Below, piece after piece: positions 11,995 through 25,619 of a stretch of DNA of 64,000 nt (within the stretch, counting starts at the first letter, position 1; each line of letters begins with the position of its first letter). Below the pieces are notes generated by a model. That model had not been told where the DNA came from, ran no database searches, and saw only the letters and a program-made list of their open reading frames with translations. This stretch comes from Octopus sinensis. Lineage: Eukaryota. The translations under genes were made by a program, and so were the position numbers. Location: positions 65,782,001 to 65,846,000 of the forward strand of contig NC_043002.1 in the NCBI RefSeq assembly GCF_006345805.1, in the 5' to 3' direction.

Positions 11995-12695
11995 GATTCA
12001 AAACCGCCAGCTTCTATATTCAGATTACAAATTTACATTTATACCAATAATAATTGGTGCACTTAAGGCGGCGAGCTGGCAGAAACGTTAGCAAGCCGGG
12101 CGAAATGCTTAGCGGTATTTCGTCTGCCGCTGCGTTCTCAGTTCAAATTCCGCCGAGGTCGACTTTGCCTTTCATCCTTTCGGGGTCGATTAAATAAGTA
12201 CCAGTTGCGCACTGGGGTCGATGTGATCGACTTAATCCGTTTGTCTGTCCTTATTTGTCCCCTCTCTGTGTAGCCCCTTGTGGGTAGTAAAGAAATAAGT
12301 ATTTCATGTCTTTACGTTCTGAGTTCAAATTCCGCCGAGGTCGGCTTTCCCTTTCATCCTTTCGGGGTCAATAAATTAATTACCAGTTGCGCACTGGGAT
12401 CGATCTAATCGACTGGCCTCCTCCCCAGAAATTTCGGGCCTTGTGCCGGGAGTAGAAAAGAATAATTGGTGTACTTGATTTTCTGAGTAAATACATAACT
12501 GACAATGTGAAAAGCTTAGGTTTTCAGAAATAGAGTCTGTAAGTGGAACAGCAAAAATATGCAAGACTTTTCTCAAGTTTAAAATGTGACATTATTTTCG
12601 TTATCTACATTCCAAAGATGAAGCTTTGTATCTTTGTTATAAAACAGCTCCCTGCTCAGAGGAAGGACTTAAATAATTAAAATCATAAGAGAACA
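11995..12695 (+). mobile_element. 3' end of RLE-type LINE (R4/Dong-like) interrupted by a SINE A dimer, ending in (CATA)n
   Basis: Translates ...QLLYSDYKFTFIPIIIGAL before the SINE and resumes after it (...SVSGTAKICKTFLKFKM*), then 3' UTR and (CATA)n. Confidence 0.65.
12065..12460 (+). mobile_element. SINE family A dimer with 16-bp TSD
   Basis: tRNA-like head ggcggcgagctggcagaaacgttagc...gttcaaattcc; central cctttcatcctttcggggtcgataaa..agtaccag (Deu/Nin-like); TSD AATAATTGGTG(C/T)ACTT at 12049-12064 and 12461-12476. Confidence 0.9.
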
Positions 12696-12927
12696 TACAT
12701 ACATACATACATACATACATACATACATACATACATACATACATACGTTCATACATACATACATTCATACATACATACAGGCATAGTGACCTGGGATTGA
12801 GAATAGAAATTATGCTTGGTATTTAAAATTACTTATCTACCAAATGTTAAAATAAAGATAAAGAATAGTGAAAAATGAGACATTTTTGTCAAACAGATGA
12901 GAAGCCTCATCTCGTCTATAGTTTTAG

Positions 12928-13643
12928 ATTGTTTGTTCCTTCTCGAGCCATACCAATCCTACTATATGGCTCAGAAACCTGGACGTTATCAAAGAAGCTT
13001 GAGAGGCGGTTGGATGGAACCTACACTCGCCTCCTTATGAGAGCTCAAAATCTCTCGTGGAGGCGCCATCCAACTAAAATGCAAATATATGGGAAATTAC
13101 CACCTGTGTCATCTCTTGTGAAAGGTAGGAGAGTCCAGTTTGCTGGACATTGTTGTAGAGCTGAAAAAGAAGTAATTTCTACTCTTCTCCTCTGGAAGCC
13201 ATCTACTCGCAACACCAGAGGGCGCACACTCTCCTACCCTGATGTAATCTCCAGGGATACAGGCATCCAGCAACAGGACCTCCGTAATGCTATGATGGAC
13301 CGTGAAGTCTGGCGCAACATGGTAAATTCCATTGTCTCGACCACGGTCGAACAATGATGATGATGATGACTCGTAAGGGGCGGTTTTCCCGGTTTCCTTG
13401 GCGTATAGGTTCCCCACCTGGACGGGACACCGGTCCCTCGCAGGTGAGCTGCAAGATGCGGGAGGAAAGAGTGAGAGAAAGTCGTGGCAAAAGAGTCAGC
13501 GGAAGTTCGCCATTACCTTCTGCCGGAGTCGCGTGGAGCTGAGGTGTTTCGCTCATAAACACACATTGCCCGGTCTGAGATTCGAACCCGCGATCCCTCG
13601 ACCGCGAGTCCGCTGCTCTAACCACTAGGCCATGTGCCGCCAC
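12928..13643 (-). mobile_element. SINE family C split by an RTE insertion
   Basis: Minus-strand tRNA-like head (tggcctagtggttagagc...gggttcgaatc) at 13575-13643; tail gtatggctcgagaaggaacaaac at 12930-12953 matches the tail of the copy near 49875. Confidence 0.75.
12953..13369 (+). mobile_element. 5'-truncated RTE-clade LINE (RT C-terminus) with (TGA)n tail
   Basis: Open frame PILLYGSETWTL...LDGTYTRLL...RRVQFAGHC...DREVWR to stop at 13357, directly followed by TGA repeats. Confidence 0.9.
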
Positions 13644-13721
13644 ATAATTTTTGATCCTAGTCTATAATTAATGGAGTGCATACATGCATGTTTGTATATA
13701 TGCATACATAATGTGCATACG

Positions 13722-13944
13722 CAGTAATCCCTCGCCATATCGCGGATCATCTATCGCGGTATATTATTTAAGCTTACGTCGACTCCACCGAGGTTTTGTT
13801 TTGCATTAATAATAAAATAAATATATACAAATTTAAAAAATAACAAAAAAAGATATACTGTGTAGTACTGTTTCTACTTAACGGATTTTCACCTATCGCG
13901 GGGGATTTTGAAACGTAACACCCGTGATAGTCGAGGGACTAATG
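13722..13944. mobile_element. Tc1/pogo (Tigger-like) MITE
   Basis: TIRs CAGTAATCCCTCG..ATATCGCGG / CCGTGATAGTCGAGGGACTAATG; TA TSD degenerate. Confidence 0.6.
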
Positions 13945-14433
13945 CATATGTACCTACACAGTGGAGCTCCACTCGTGACCAAGTAATACTAGTTCCTGCA
14001 CTCAGTAAGTCCTCGCAAACGTTCTGAGATTCTAAGAAGTCCCCGTGCTTGAGTTTGTCTGGAGTGAGTAAAGTGTTGTACAACATTGAACCCACTTTTC
14101 ACGGCAATTAGCAATAAAACTAGTGGCACAAAAGGGAGGGAAATAACCGGAAACCAACGGCAGGTTTTTTATATGTATCTACAATATCTCCTAGAAGGAA
14201 GTTCTAATGAGAACTAAGGATTCATTACTTCGATTGATGTATACGTTAGTTAGCCCATATTTGGGGCTCTAACAGCCTCCACTACTTTGGGTCAAAGTAG
14301 AACTGGGAAATATAATCGCTAAGAGAGGGTTCCACACTCCTCCAAGCTCTGGAAACAGGATCCCAAAACCGGAAACAGTTTGAAGTCATATCCAGAACAT
14401 ACATATATACATAAATACGTACGTACATACATC

Positions 14434-14768
14434 ACTGTATCCAGATTACAAGTTCAGGTTTATACCTGTAATTAATGGGTGGGATATGTATCACACTGCC
14501 TAAATACCAGTCTTGAGAAATTAGTCTTCCCAAAATTAGAAAGGAGAAAGCTGATTCAAAAACTGCAGATCCAATCTATCACCGGAACTGTAAAAATCTG
14601 TAAGATTTCCCAGAAGTTTATCATTTAAGTATATATGAGTATGTCTAAATATGCAAGTATATGTATAAGAAGACATATGTAAAACAAAACATGCAAATCT
14701 GCACGTATACATACATACACAGACACATACAAACATACATACATACATACATACATACATACATACAT

Positions 14769-14803
<35 letters not shown>

Positions 14804-15031
14804 TACATACATACATACATACATACATACATACATACATACATACATACATACATACATACATACATACACAGAAAATACCCTGCTGTTGATGCTGAAA
14901 TTCCACTGAAAGAGGCTTGGATCTAGGTTAAAAACCGGCTCTTTCACTACTGGCAAGAAACCTTGAAAAACAAACTGAATAATGGCATACATACACACAT
15001 ACATACATACATACATACATACATACATACA

Positions 15032-15062
<31 letters not shown>

Positions 15063-15455
15063 GTACGTACATACATACAAAAATACCCTGTTGCTGAGTG
15101 GAAATTCCAATTAATAGAGCCTTACATACATACTTTCATACATACGTAATTAAATACATGCAAACATACACACATACATACATGCATACATACATACATA
15201 CATACATACATACATACATACATACATACATACATACATACGTACATACGTACATATATACACATACATACGTACATACATATATACATACATGCATACA
15301 TACATATATAAATACATATATAAATACATACATGCATCCATACATACAAAAATACCCAGTTGTTGATGTGGACGTTCCAATGAAGGAGCCTTCTATCTAG
15401 GTTAGAAACCGGCTCTTTCTCTATTGGCAAGAAATCTTGAAATAAAACTAAGTAC
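14434..15455 (+). mobile_element. RLE-type LINE 3' end plus tandemly repeated 3' UTR units separated by (CATA)n
   Basis: LYPDYKFRFIPVI...LERRKLIQKLQIQSITGTVKICKISQKF*; unit aaaataccctgttgttgatg..gaaattcca..gagc..ggatctaggttagaaaccggctctttc at ~14874, ~15078 (partial) and ~15347. Confidence 0.65.
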
Positions 15456-16480
15456 ATACATACACACTTACATACATACATACACACACATATATACATA
15501 CACACATCACATGCACATATACACGCATACATACCTACACGCATACACGCACATATATACATGCATACATACACACACATACATACATGCATACATACAC
15601 ACATATACATATACACACATACACACAGATACATACATACACACATACAAACATACATACATACACACACACACATACAAACATACACACATACATACAT
15701 ACATACATACACACATACACGCATACATACACACATGCACACATACATACATACATATATACACACATACACACATACATACACACATACACACATACAT
15801 ACATACGTACATACACACATACACACATACATACACACATACACACGTACATACACACATAGACACATGCATAAATACATACACACATGCACACATACAT
15901 ACATACACACATACATACATACACACATACACACACAAACATACATACACACATATACACATACATACACACACACATATATATATATACATACACACAT
16001 ACACACATACATACACACATATATATATGCATACATACACACATACACACATACATACATACACATACATATATACATACACACATGCACACATACATAC
16101 ACACATGCACACATACATACATACACACACATACATATATACATACACACATACACACATACATCCATACACACATACTTACATACATACATACACACAT
16201 GCACACATACATACATACAAACACATACATGTATACATACACACATACACATATACATACATACACACATACACACATACATACACACACATGCATATAT
16301 ACACACATACATACATACATACACACATACATGCATACACACATACACACATACATGCATACACACATACATACATACATACATACATACATTCATACAC
16401 ACATACATACATACACATATACATACATACACACATACACACATACACACATACATACATACACACACACATACATACAT
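15455..16480. repeat. ~1-kb compound (CA/CATA) microsatellite
   Basis: Low-complexity tract; source of the spurious 200-460 aa ORFs. Confidence 0.95.
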
Positions 16481-16863
16481 ATAATATGGAAAACACATTC
16501 GTGTCTCAATCAAGTACGGAGTAACATAAAATAGTTAAATCACCACTGGCAAGTTTCGAACGCATGAAGTTCTACATTACAAAACAACAAAACATATCTT
16601 ACCTCAATGTCCTATTCTTGTTCCAGAGTCGCAGAGTAAGGGTAGAATAGGCTGAGAGTTGTACGAAATACCTTGAGGTATCTACTTCCGTCCTGTATCA
16701 GCCTCGCTTCCAATTCTTTGCCTATCAACCTTGCTTTGTATTCCTGTCCAAGATCGATAAATTAAAGCACCAATCAACTTCTGTGGTCAGATTTAATCAG
16801 CTGTACATTATCTCAAAATGTATTGGCTTGTGACAGATTTAGAAATCCTTATTGTTGTTGTTG

Positions 16864-16912
<49 letters not shown>

Positions 16913-17149
16913 CATTATTATTATTATTATTATTACTATTATTATTATTACTCCTCTATCAGCAGGAGTACGTAATGCATGTATTCACATATTTTGTATG
17001 CAATGTCTACTTTTTCATCTCCATCTCCTCACACTTCTCCTTTTCTTCCCTGCAACTTTTTAGTTTTAGTTTTTTTGTTTTTTTGTTTTTTGGGGTTTTT
17101 TTTGTTATGCAAATCCCAACACAAATTGGTAACCGTCCTTGTACTACCC

Positions 17150-17190
17150 GCTTCATCATAATCGTCGTCATCCTCATCATCGCCATCATC

Positions 17191-17224
<34 letters not shown>

Positions 17225-17448
17225 CCACCATCACAGTCACCACCACCATCATCATCATTATCATCATCACCATCATCATCATCATCATCACCACCAACAC
17301 CACCACCACCATCATCGTCATCAACATCATCATCATCATGATCACAATCGTCATCATCATCACCACCATCACAATCACCACCACCACCATCATCATCACA
17401 ACCACCACTGTCATCATCATCATCATCGTCATCATCATCATCATCACC

Positions 17449-17482
<34 letters not shown>

Positions 17483-17600
17483 TCATCAACATCACCGCCA
17501 CCACCACCATCGGTATCGTCATCATCGTCGTCGTAATCACCACCATCATCCCAATCATCATCATCACCATCTCCATCACCATCAGCATCATCACCATCGG
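17150..17600. repeat. (CAT/CAC)n trinucleotide tract
   Basis: Direct inspection. Confidence 0.95.
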
Positions 17601-17820
17601 TAGTTATGCTGTTAGTTATTGCTTCAAGGGATGCCAGTGCAAACATTGGTCGCTTACCGTTCAGGCGTGATTGGACATTCGATTAAAGGTCAACTTGTTT
17701 CCAATCACAATGTGTAGGACATCTTCATTTGGCTATTACTGTAGTAGTAGTAGTAGTAGTAGTAGTAGTTAGTAGTAGTAGTAGTAGTAGTAGTAGTAGA
17801 GGAAAAAGAAGAAATTGTTG

Positions 17821-17852
<32 letters not shown>

Positions 17853-18023
17853 GGTGGTGGTGGTGGTGGTGGTGGTGGTGGTGGTGATGGTAGTGGTACC
17901 ACCACGCCGCTGCTGCTGCTGCCGTTTTATAAGGAATCGCATTTTGTTCCGGATTATTGCTGCTGTCCCTGTTTTCGTTGTTGTTGTTTATTGTTGTTTT
18001 GGTTGACGATGATGACGATGATA

Positions 18024-18056
<33 letters not shown>

Positions 18057-18141
18057 GTATATAAATCAAGATGATGATATAGTTATGTATTCGTTGTCGT
18101 TGTTTCTGATGCCGATGATGAGGATGGATGTCTATAAGGGT

Positions 18142-18171
<30 letters not shown>

Positions 18172-18172
<1 letters not shown>

Positions 18173-18488
18173 GCTAAAATATTAGTTATTACAGATGATG
18201 ATGATTATGATGATGATGGCTAAAATATTAGTTATTACAGATGATGATGATGGTGGCTAAAATATTAGTTATTAGAGATGATGATGATTATGATGATGAT
18301 GGCTAAAGTATTAGTTATTACAGAAGATGATGATGATTATAATGATGATGGCTAAAATATTAGTTATAACAGATGATGATGATTATGATGATGATGGCTA
18401 AAATATTAGTTATTACAGATGATGATGATAATGATTATAATGATGATGGCTAAAATATTAGTTATTACAGATGATAATGATGATGATT

Positions 18489-18521
<33 letters not shown>

Positions 18522-19128
18522 ATGATGATGATGGCTGAAATATTAGTTATTACAGATGATGATGATGATGATGATGGCTAAAATATTAGTTATTACAGAT
18601 GATGATGATCATGGCTAAAATATTAGTTATTACAGATGATGATGATTATGATGATGATGGCTAAAATATTAGTTATTACAGATGATGATGATGATGATTA
18701 TAATGATGATGGCTAAAATATTAGTTATAACAGATGATGATGATTATGATGATGATGGCTAAAATATTAGTTATAACAGATGATGATGATTATGATGATG
18801 ATGGCTAAAATATTAGTTATTACAGATGATGATGATTATGATGATGATGGCTAAAATATTAGTTATTACAGATGATGATGATGATGATTATAATGATGAT
18901 AGCTAAAATATTAGTTATAACAGATGATGATGATTATGATGATGATGGCTAAAATATTAGTTATTACAGATGATGATGATGATTATAATGATGATGGCTA
19001 AAATATTATAACAGATGATGATGATTATGATGATGATAGCTAAAATATTAGTTTTAACAGATGATGATTATGATGATGATGATGATGATGATTATGATGA
19101 TGATGGCTAAAATATTAGTTAATACAGA
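18172..19128. repeat. Compound minisatellite: ~20 copies of GGCTAAAATATTAGTTATTACAG separated by variable (GAT)n
   Basis: About 20 cores counted by eye; period mostly ~37-52 bp, with longer gaps where (GAT)n is expanded. Confidence 0.95.
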
Positions 19129-19791
19129 TGATGGTGGAGATAAGGATGACGACGACTAGACGACTTGACGTTGACGACTCGATGATGTTGTTGATGATGA
19201 TGAGGATGGTGGTGGTGGTGCTGCTGGTTGTGGTGGTGCTGGTGCTGGTGATTGTAGCAACGACGTTGCTGTCGTTAAGGACGAATGATATATAATAAAT
19301 AAGATAAGAATGATGATGACGATGATAAAGACGGCGGTGATGGTTATGATGGAAATATTGAAGACGACGTTGCTGTCATTGCTGCTGCTTCTGCTACTGC
19401 TGCAGCTGGTGTTGTTGTTTCTATTATTGTTGTCCTTCTTGTTGGTGCTGTTGGTGCTGTTGTTGGTGCTGTTGAGAGTAGCCTAACCACTTCCGAGCAC
19501 TAACGCTGCAATCTCATGTCTAGAGCTCCAAAATATTTATGTTATATACATATATATATATACATATATATATACGCATACATACATATATACACACATA
19601 TACACAAACATTTTTGCATGTATGCGTGCGTGTGCGAATACTCATACATGCATGTGTATTTATGTGCATGTATATACATATATGTGTGTGTGTGTGTGTG
19701 TGTGTTTGTGTATACATATACGTAAGCGTATGTATATTTATTTCTAAATTCATAAATGCTTATATATACACAAATTTATATTAAATATATA

Positions 19792-20643
19792 CAGGGTGCG
19801 ATGGGCAAATTGTCGCCCTTTCATTTCGCGCACGTGCATTGTTTGTGTTTGATTTTGTCAACTACACAGTATGGTAGGGTCAGTTGGGTACCGTCTGTGA
19901 GAAAAACAGCATGTTGATGCAATTCACTCTCCTAGAAATTTGGAAACGACATGCTGTACTGCTTGTCATTCGCGCCGGAAGCTCCAATACGAACATTTCA
20001 GAGGTGTTTGGGTATCAATCTGAGGACATATAACGAAAGTGAAAAAAATCAAACATCCAGTCAATATCATGATGTTTGGAGTGATCACTAGTGATGGGGT
20101 TGTTATGCTTCCATTCATCTTCCCACATGGTCTCACACTCAACACGGAGGCTTACATCAAGTGCCTGGAGGAGGTAGTGCTGCACTGGGTCAAGAGGGTG
20201 GCTGCTGGAAGACCCTATGTCTGGCAGCAGGACTTTGCACCTTGCCATTCAAGCCGGATAACCCAGTCATGGCTATCAGACAATTTCTGCGGCCACATCA
20301 CCCCTAACATCTGGCCACCTAACTCCCCAGATTGTAACCCCCTTGATTTATTATGTGTGGAGTACAGCTGAGTGAAGGACCAACGAAACTCCTTGTTACA
20401 CCAAAAATGAACTGATTATGGCAGCATTCACCAACTTAAACAAGACTACCATCTGGAAGAGTTGCAGGAGATTCTGAAATCTTCTGGTGGCCGTGGCTGA
20501 AGCCAATGCTAATTTTATTGGAGAAATTTACTCTTTAGTATTTCAAGATATGTATATGTAATTTTGGTAAATATATCTTAAAATGAGATGTCAGTGTCAT
20601 TTTCATATTCGCGTAATTTAGACAAGATATTCACCGCACCCTT
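19792..20643 (+). mobile_element. Internally deleted Tc1/mariner element, DD37D (maT) family
   Basis: TA|CAGGGTGCG... and ...TCACCGCACCCT(T)|TA ends; transposase fragment 20039-20350 with QQD-(37 aa)-D (WPPNSPDCNPLD). Confidence 0.9.
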
Positions 20644-20710
20644 TATATAAATATAAATCCATAAGTTTAACTATATATGTGTGTGTGCTTAACTATATAT
20701 GCGTGTGCGT

Positions 20711-21125
20711 AAAGGCGGCGAGCTGGCAGAATCGTTAACACGCCGGGCGAAATGCATAGCGGTATTTCGTCTGCCGTTACGTTCTGAGTTCAAATTCCGC
20801 CCAGGTCGACTTTGCCTTTCATCCTTTCGGGGTCGATAAATTAAGTACCAGTTACGCTCTGGGGTCGATGTAATCGACTTAATCCGTTTGTCTGTCCTTG
20901 TTTGTCCCCTCTATGTTTAGCCCCTTGTGGGTAATAAAGAAACGGGTATTTCGTCTGCCGTTACGTTCTGAGTTCAAATCTCGCCGAGGTCGACTTTGCT
21001 TTTCATCCTTTCGGGATCGATAAACTAAGTACCAGTTGCGCACTGGGGTGGATGTAATCGACTTAATCCGTTTGTCTGTCCTTGTTTGTCCCCTCTGTGT
21101 TTAGCCCCTTGTGGGTAGTAAAGAA
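20711..21125 (+). mobile_element. SINE family A dimer with ~20-bp TSD
   Basis: TSD AACTATATATGCGTGTGCGT at 20691-20710 and 21126-21145. Confidence 0.9.
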
Positions 21126-21588
21126 AACTATATATGCGTGTGCGTGTGTGCGTGTGTGCGTACGTGCGTGTGTCTGTGTCTGTGTGTGTGTGCAGCCATA
21201 TTTAAACACATACATACTAATACGAAGAAAGAACAAATAATAAGGCAGAAAAAGAAGACATAAATCAAATAAAGAATACAATAGAGAGAGAAAACAGAGC
21301 ATTCGTCATTACTTAGTTATTGCATTTGCTGCCATCTTCAAGTTTTGTCGAATTTTCTGGAATTGTTTTAGTTCATTTTTTGTTTCTTAGTCCAATACAT
21401 ATTTCCATTGTGTGTGAATATTGCTTGTGCAATCACGGCTAGTGGACTGGCAAAGGTCTTGTTTAACTAACTGAGTAAATTCGGACGGCAGAAACAGGAA
21501 TGACAGAACAAAAGAAAATATAAAATGGGGTCAGGAAAATAGAAGAGATTTAGGGTCTGACGACATGAGAAATATACGAGGCATGCAA

Positions 21589-21630
<42 letters not shown>

Positions 21631-21688
21631 ATATATATATACATACATACATATATATATATAATACGCCCACGTATATATATGTATG

Positions 21689-21729
<41 letters not shown>

Positions 21730-21912
21730 ATATATATATATATAATATATGCGCGCTTGTATGTAAGTATATGTGTATGTAGGTTTCATTTGTAATATAT
21801 AGCTATATTTATATACTTCTATACGCATCTCTGTTTGCGCGCGCGCATGTGTGTGTGTGTGTGTGAAACATACGGTGATGATACGAGCAAACTGTAGATG
21901 AAGAAAGAAATG

Positions 21913-21968
<56 letters not shown>

Positions 21969-23192
21969 ACGTACTTGTAATAGAAACAGGAAGAAAAAAT
22001 ATTGGAGAAGAAGGAGGAGGAGGAGGAGGAGGAGGAGGAGGAGGGGGGAGGAGGAGGAGAAGAAGAACAACAACAACAACAACGTTAGTTAATAGAAAAC
22101 GTCTGGAGTTATAGAGAATGAAGAAATGAAAACTTATCTCTCGTTTTCCTTTAAGACTTATCTTTCGTCGCGTAGCACATTGATCTGTTTACAGCCGCCA
22201 TTTTCTCTGATTTCTTAGGAGAGTTTCCGTGATGTATTTAGATAGGAATGGGATACTATCCAAGTCAATCCTTTTGAGTTCCTTAAAAACGAAAGAACAT
22301 AACGACGATCTCATAACGACGATCTCCTGAGAAACGGGAAGAGGGGAAATTCGTCTATATTATTCGACAGCTATTTTATTTTATTGACCCCCGAATGACA
22401 AGTAAAATTGGTTTTGGCTTAATTTGAACTCAGAATGCAAAGAGGTGGAACAATTACTGCAGGGGGGGTTTTTTCTGTTCAAAACCAGATTTGGTTTGGG
22501 TATAATTTGAACTCACTACGTGAAGGATTATAACTAAACAAACAAAAAAAACGTTCTAAACAGCCTACTCGACCGTCATATTTTGTATCGTGCGTAAGCT
22601 AGAGGAGATTATTTCGTAATTGCTAATGAGGGATCTCTGTCGATCGACTATGAGGATCCAGTTGTCCGATCGAATGGATTACCTGCTTCTGAATATGTTA
22701 AAGGTGTATATGTAAACCTTCAACATAATTTTCAAGCAGCCACAATATGATGCAATATGTGTGACAGAGCGTTACCTTTTTTTAATTAGTGTATCACCCA
22801 CAAAGCATAGAAAATTACACTGACTCAAGATGTCTTGCAACGGGACTGAACCCAGGATTTCGGGACTGCGATGCAAATTTTTAAACCATTCAGCCATACT
22901 GCAGCTTATTTGATTTAGTTTGTCATGAGCCCCCAAGGACACAAAGTCGGAGCTTAAGCTGGTACCCGTAGCATCATAGGTGAATAAAACCACAACACTC
23001 AACGGGATGCCGGTCCGTCTTAGAGTTACTCATTTCGTAACGTGGAATGAATCGTTTTGCACGAAGACACCGCATCACCGGACCGGGAATCGAAACCAAG
23101 ATATTATGATCATGAGCTCGATACCTTAACCACTCCGCTGTGCACCTTCCTACATTCTGAGACTACACTTTATTTAATATTTACAGGAGATA

Positions 23193-23990
23193 AGGAGGCG
23201 AGCTGGTTGAAACGTTAGCACGCCGGGCGAAATGCGTAGCAGTATTTCGTCTGCCGTTACGTTCTGAGTTCAAATTCCGCCGAGGTCGACTTTGCCTTTC
23301 ATCCTTTCGGGGCAGATAAATTAAGTACCAGTTACGCACTGAGGTCGATATAATCGACTTAATCCGTCTGTCCTCGTTTGTCTCCTCTGTATCTAGCCCC
23401 TTGTGGGTAGTAAAGAAATAGGTATTTCGTCTGTCATTATGTTCTGAGTTTAAATTCCGCCGAGGTCAACTTTGCCTTTCAGCCTTTCGGTGTCGATTAA
23501 ATAAGTACCCGTTACGCGCTGGGGGTCGATATAATCGACTTAATCCGTTTATCTGTTCTTCTTTGTCCCCTCTCTGTGTAGCCGCTTGTGGGCAGTAAAG
23601 AAATAAGAAACGTTAGCACGCCGGGCGAAATGCTTAGCGGTATTTCGTCTGCCGCTACGTTCTGAGTTCAAATTCCGCCGAGGTCGACTTTGCCTTTCAT
23701 CCTTTCGGGGTCGATTAAATAAGTATCAGTTACATACTGGGGGTCGATATAATCGACTCAATCCGTTTGTCTGTCCTTGTTTGTCCGCTCTGTGTTTAGA
23801 CCCTTGTGGGTAATAAAGAAATAGGTATTTCGTCTGCCGTTCGTTCTGAGTTCAAATTCCGCCGAGGTCGACTTTGCCTTTCATCCTCTCGAGGTCGATA
23901 AATTAAGTACCACTTGCGTACTGGAGTCGATCTAATTGACTGGCCCCTCTCCAAAAAATGTTGGGCATTGTGCCTAGAGTAGAAAAGAAC
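23193..23990 (+). mobile_element. SINE family A tetramer
   Basis: Four head-to-tail bodies with junctions aaagaaata|ggtatttcg and aaagaaata|agaaacgttagc. Confidence 0.9.
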
Positions 23991-24869
23991 AGAAAATTAA
24001 AACGATATTTACAGGTAGTGACATGACTTTCGGGACACCCTGTTCACCCTGTACTATAATTTGAAATCAATATTTACAATAGATTTGAAACGAGAAACGA
24101 AATTTTTTCGATGTGACATTTTAATATCTATAATAGCATAACTATTCTGTAAATGTCTTAAACGTGTTTAAACATTGTTTTAAAAGTTTATAATTTCAAA
24201 TGTTCACAATACACAATTTTTAATGTCAACAGCAGCGTTTCCATGTTGTTTTAAATATTTACAATATAACCGAAATTTAATGTTATATTATAGATATGAA
24301 ATTTTAATGACATGTCCTTTGTGTTTCGGCATAGCATACAAGACGCGATAGTGTATACACGAGACAGCTGAAAGCTAGCAGTACTATTAACATCACTACC
24401 ACCACCATCACCCCACTCCCATCAACCTGTTATTGGTGGGTGGGGGGGGTAGATAACGTGGTTGGGTGGCTAGAGTGGCGCGCAAAATACTGTGCAATAG
24501 TTTTATACATCTAGGTTCTGAGTTCAAATCCTGTTAGAGCATATTTTGTTTGCTTTTTTTTTTACCAAAGTTGATAAAATAACAAAGACACACATACACA
24601 CATATTCTTTTACTTGTTTCAGTCATTGTACTACGGCCATACTGGGGTACCACCTTGAACAATATTAGTGGAACAAATCAACCCCAGTACTTTTTTTAAA
24701 AGTCTTATAGTTATTTCATCATCCTATTCGCCCAAACCGCTAAGATACTGGGATGTAAACAAACCAACACCGATTGTCAAATGAGGTCACATACAAACAC
24801 AAACACGCGCGTGCACATACATATATACAACGACCTTCTTTCAGTTTCCGTCTACCAAATCCATACAGT

Positions 24870-25330
24870 GAAAGCGCGTGGCTTAACTTGCAGAAACGTT
24901 AGCATACCGGGCGAAATGCTTAGCCGTACTTCGTCCGCCGTTACGTTCTGAGTTCAAATTCCGCCGGGGTCGACTTTGCCTTTCATCCTTTCGGGGTCGA
25001 TAAATTAAGTACCAGCTGCGTAATGGGGTCGATATAATCGACTTAATCCGTTTGTTTGTCCTTGTTTGTCCCCTCTACGTTTAGCCCCTTGTGGGCAATA
25101 AAGAAATAAGGGCGTTGCACTCATGATCGTAAGATTGTGGTTTCGAATCTTAGACCGAGCAACTCGTTGTGTTCTTGAGCAAAACTCTTTATTTCACGTT
25201 GTTCCAGTCTACCCAGCTGGCAAAAATGAATAATCCTGTGAGAAACTAGCGTCCCGTCCAGGAGGCAACATGTTATACCCCACACAATCCGAGAAACTGG
25301 CCCTGCGTATCTATATGACTCGGGAAGGAT
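24870..25330 (+). mobile_element. SINE family C with a family A copy inserted in its tRNA-like head
   Basis: gcgcgtggcttaa|A copy ~24888-25108|agggcgttgcactcatgatcg... Confidence 0.7.
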
Positions 25331-25619
25331 CAAATCCACACATGAGGTTGTTTTAGACGGCACTTGCCCTAGGCGTCGTACAATGGCACTGTACCCAGAA
25401 CCATGTGGTTGGGAAGTAAAATTCTTACACGGCCGGCTTCCACACGGTTTCCGTCTACCAAATTTACTCACAAAGCATTGTATCGGCCCGACGCTATAAT
25501 GAAACACACTTGCCCGAAGTGCCGCCCAGTGGTTTTGAACCCGCAACTACTAGGCTCCAAAGCGATCCTCTTAACTACACAGCCATGCTTGTAACTAAAC
25601 TCGTTATTGCCTTTGAACA

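Noticed and set aside
13575-13643. tRNA gene (and other A/B-box-like segments)
   Set aside because: These are SINE heads continuing into SINE bodies, without a complete acceptor stem
15122-16534. Long ORFs (up to 463 aa) of YVCM/HTYI repeats, and similar poly-H, poly-D, poly-I and poly-R ORFs elsewhere
   Set aside because: They are translations of microsatellites that lack stop codons; there is no coding signal
16545-16580. Minus-strand gaac..gttc-GAAAC hammerhead-like stem
   Set aside because: The CUGANGA box is absent; at most a remnant
18172-19128. CRISPR array
   Set aside because: Spacers are (GAT)n rather than unique sequence, there are no cas genes, and the context is eukaryotic
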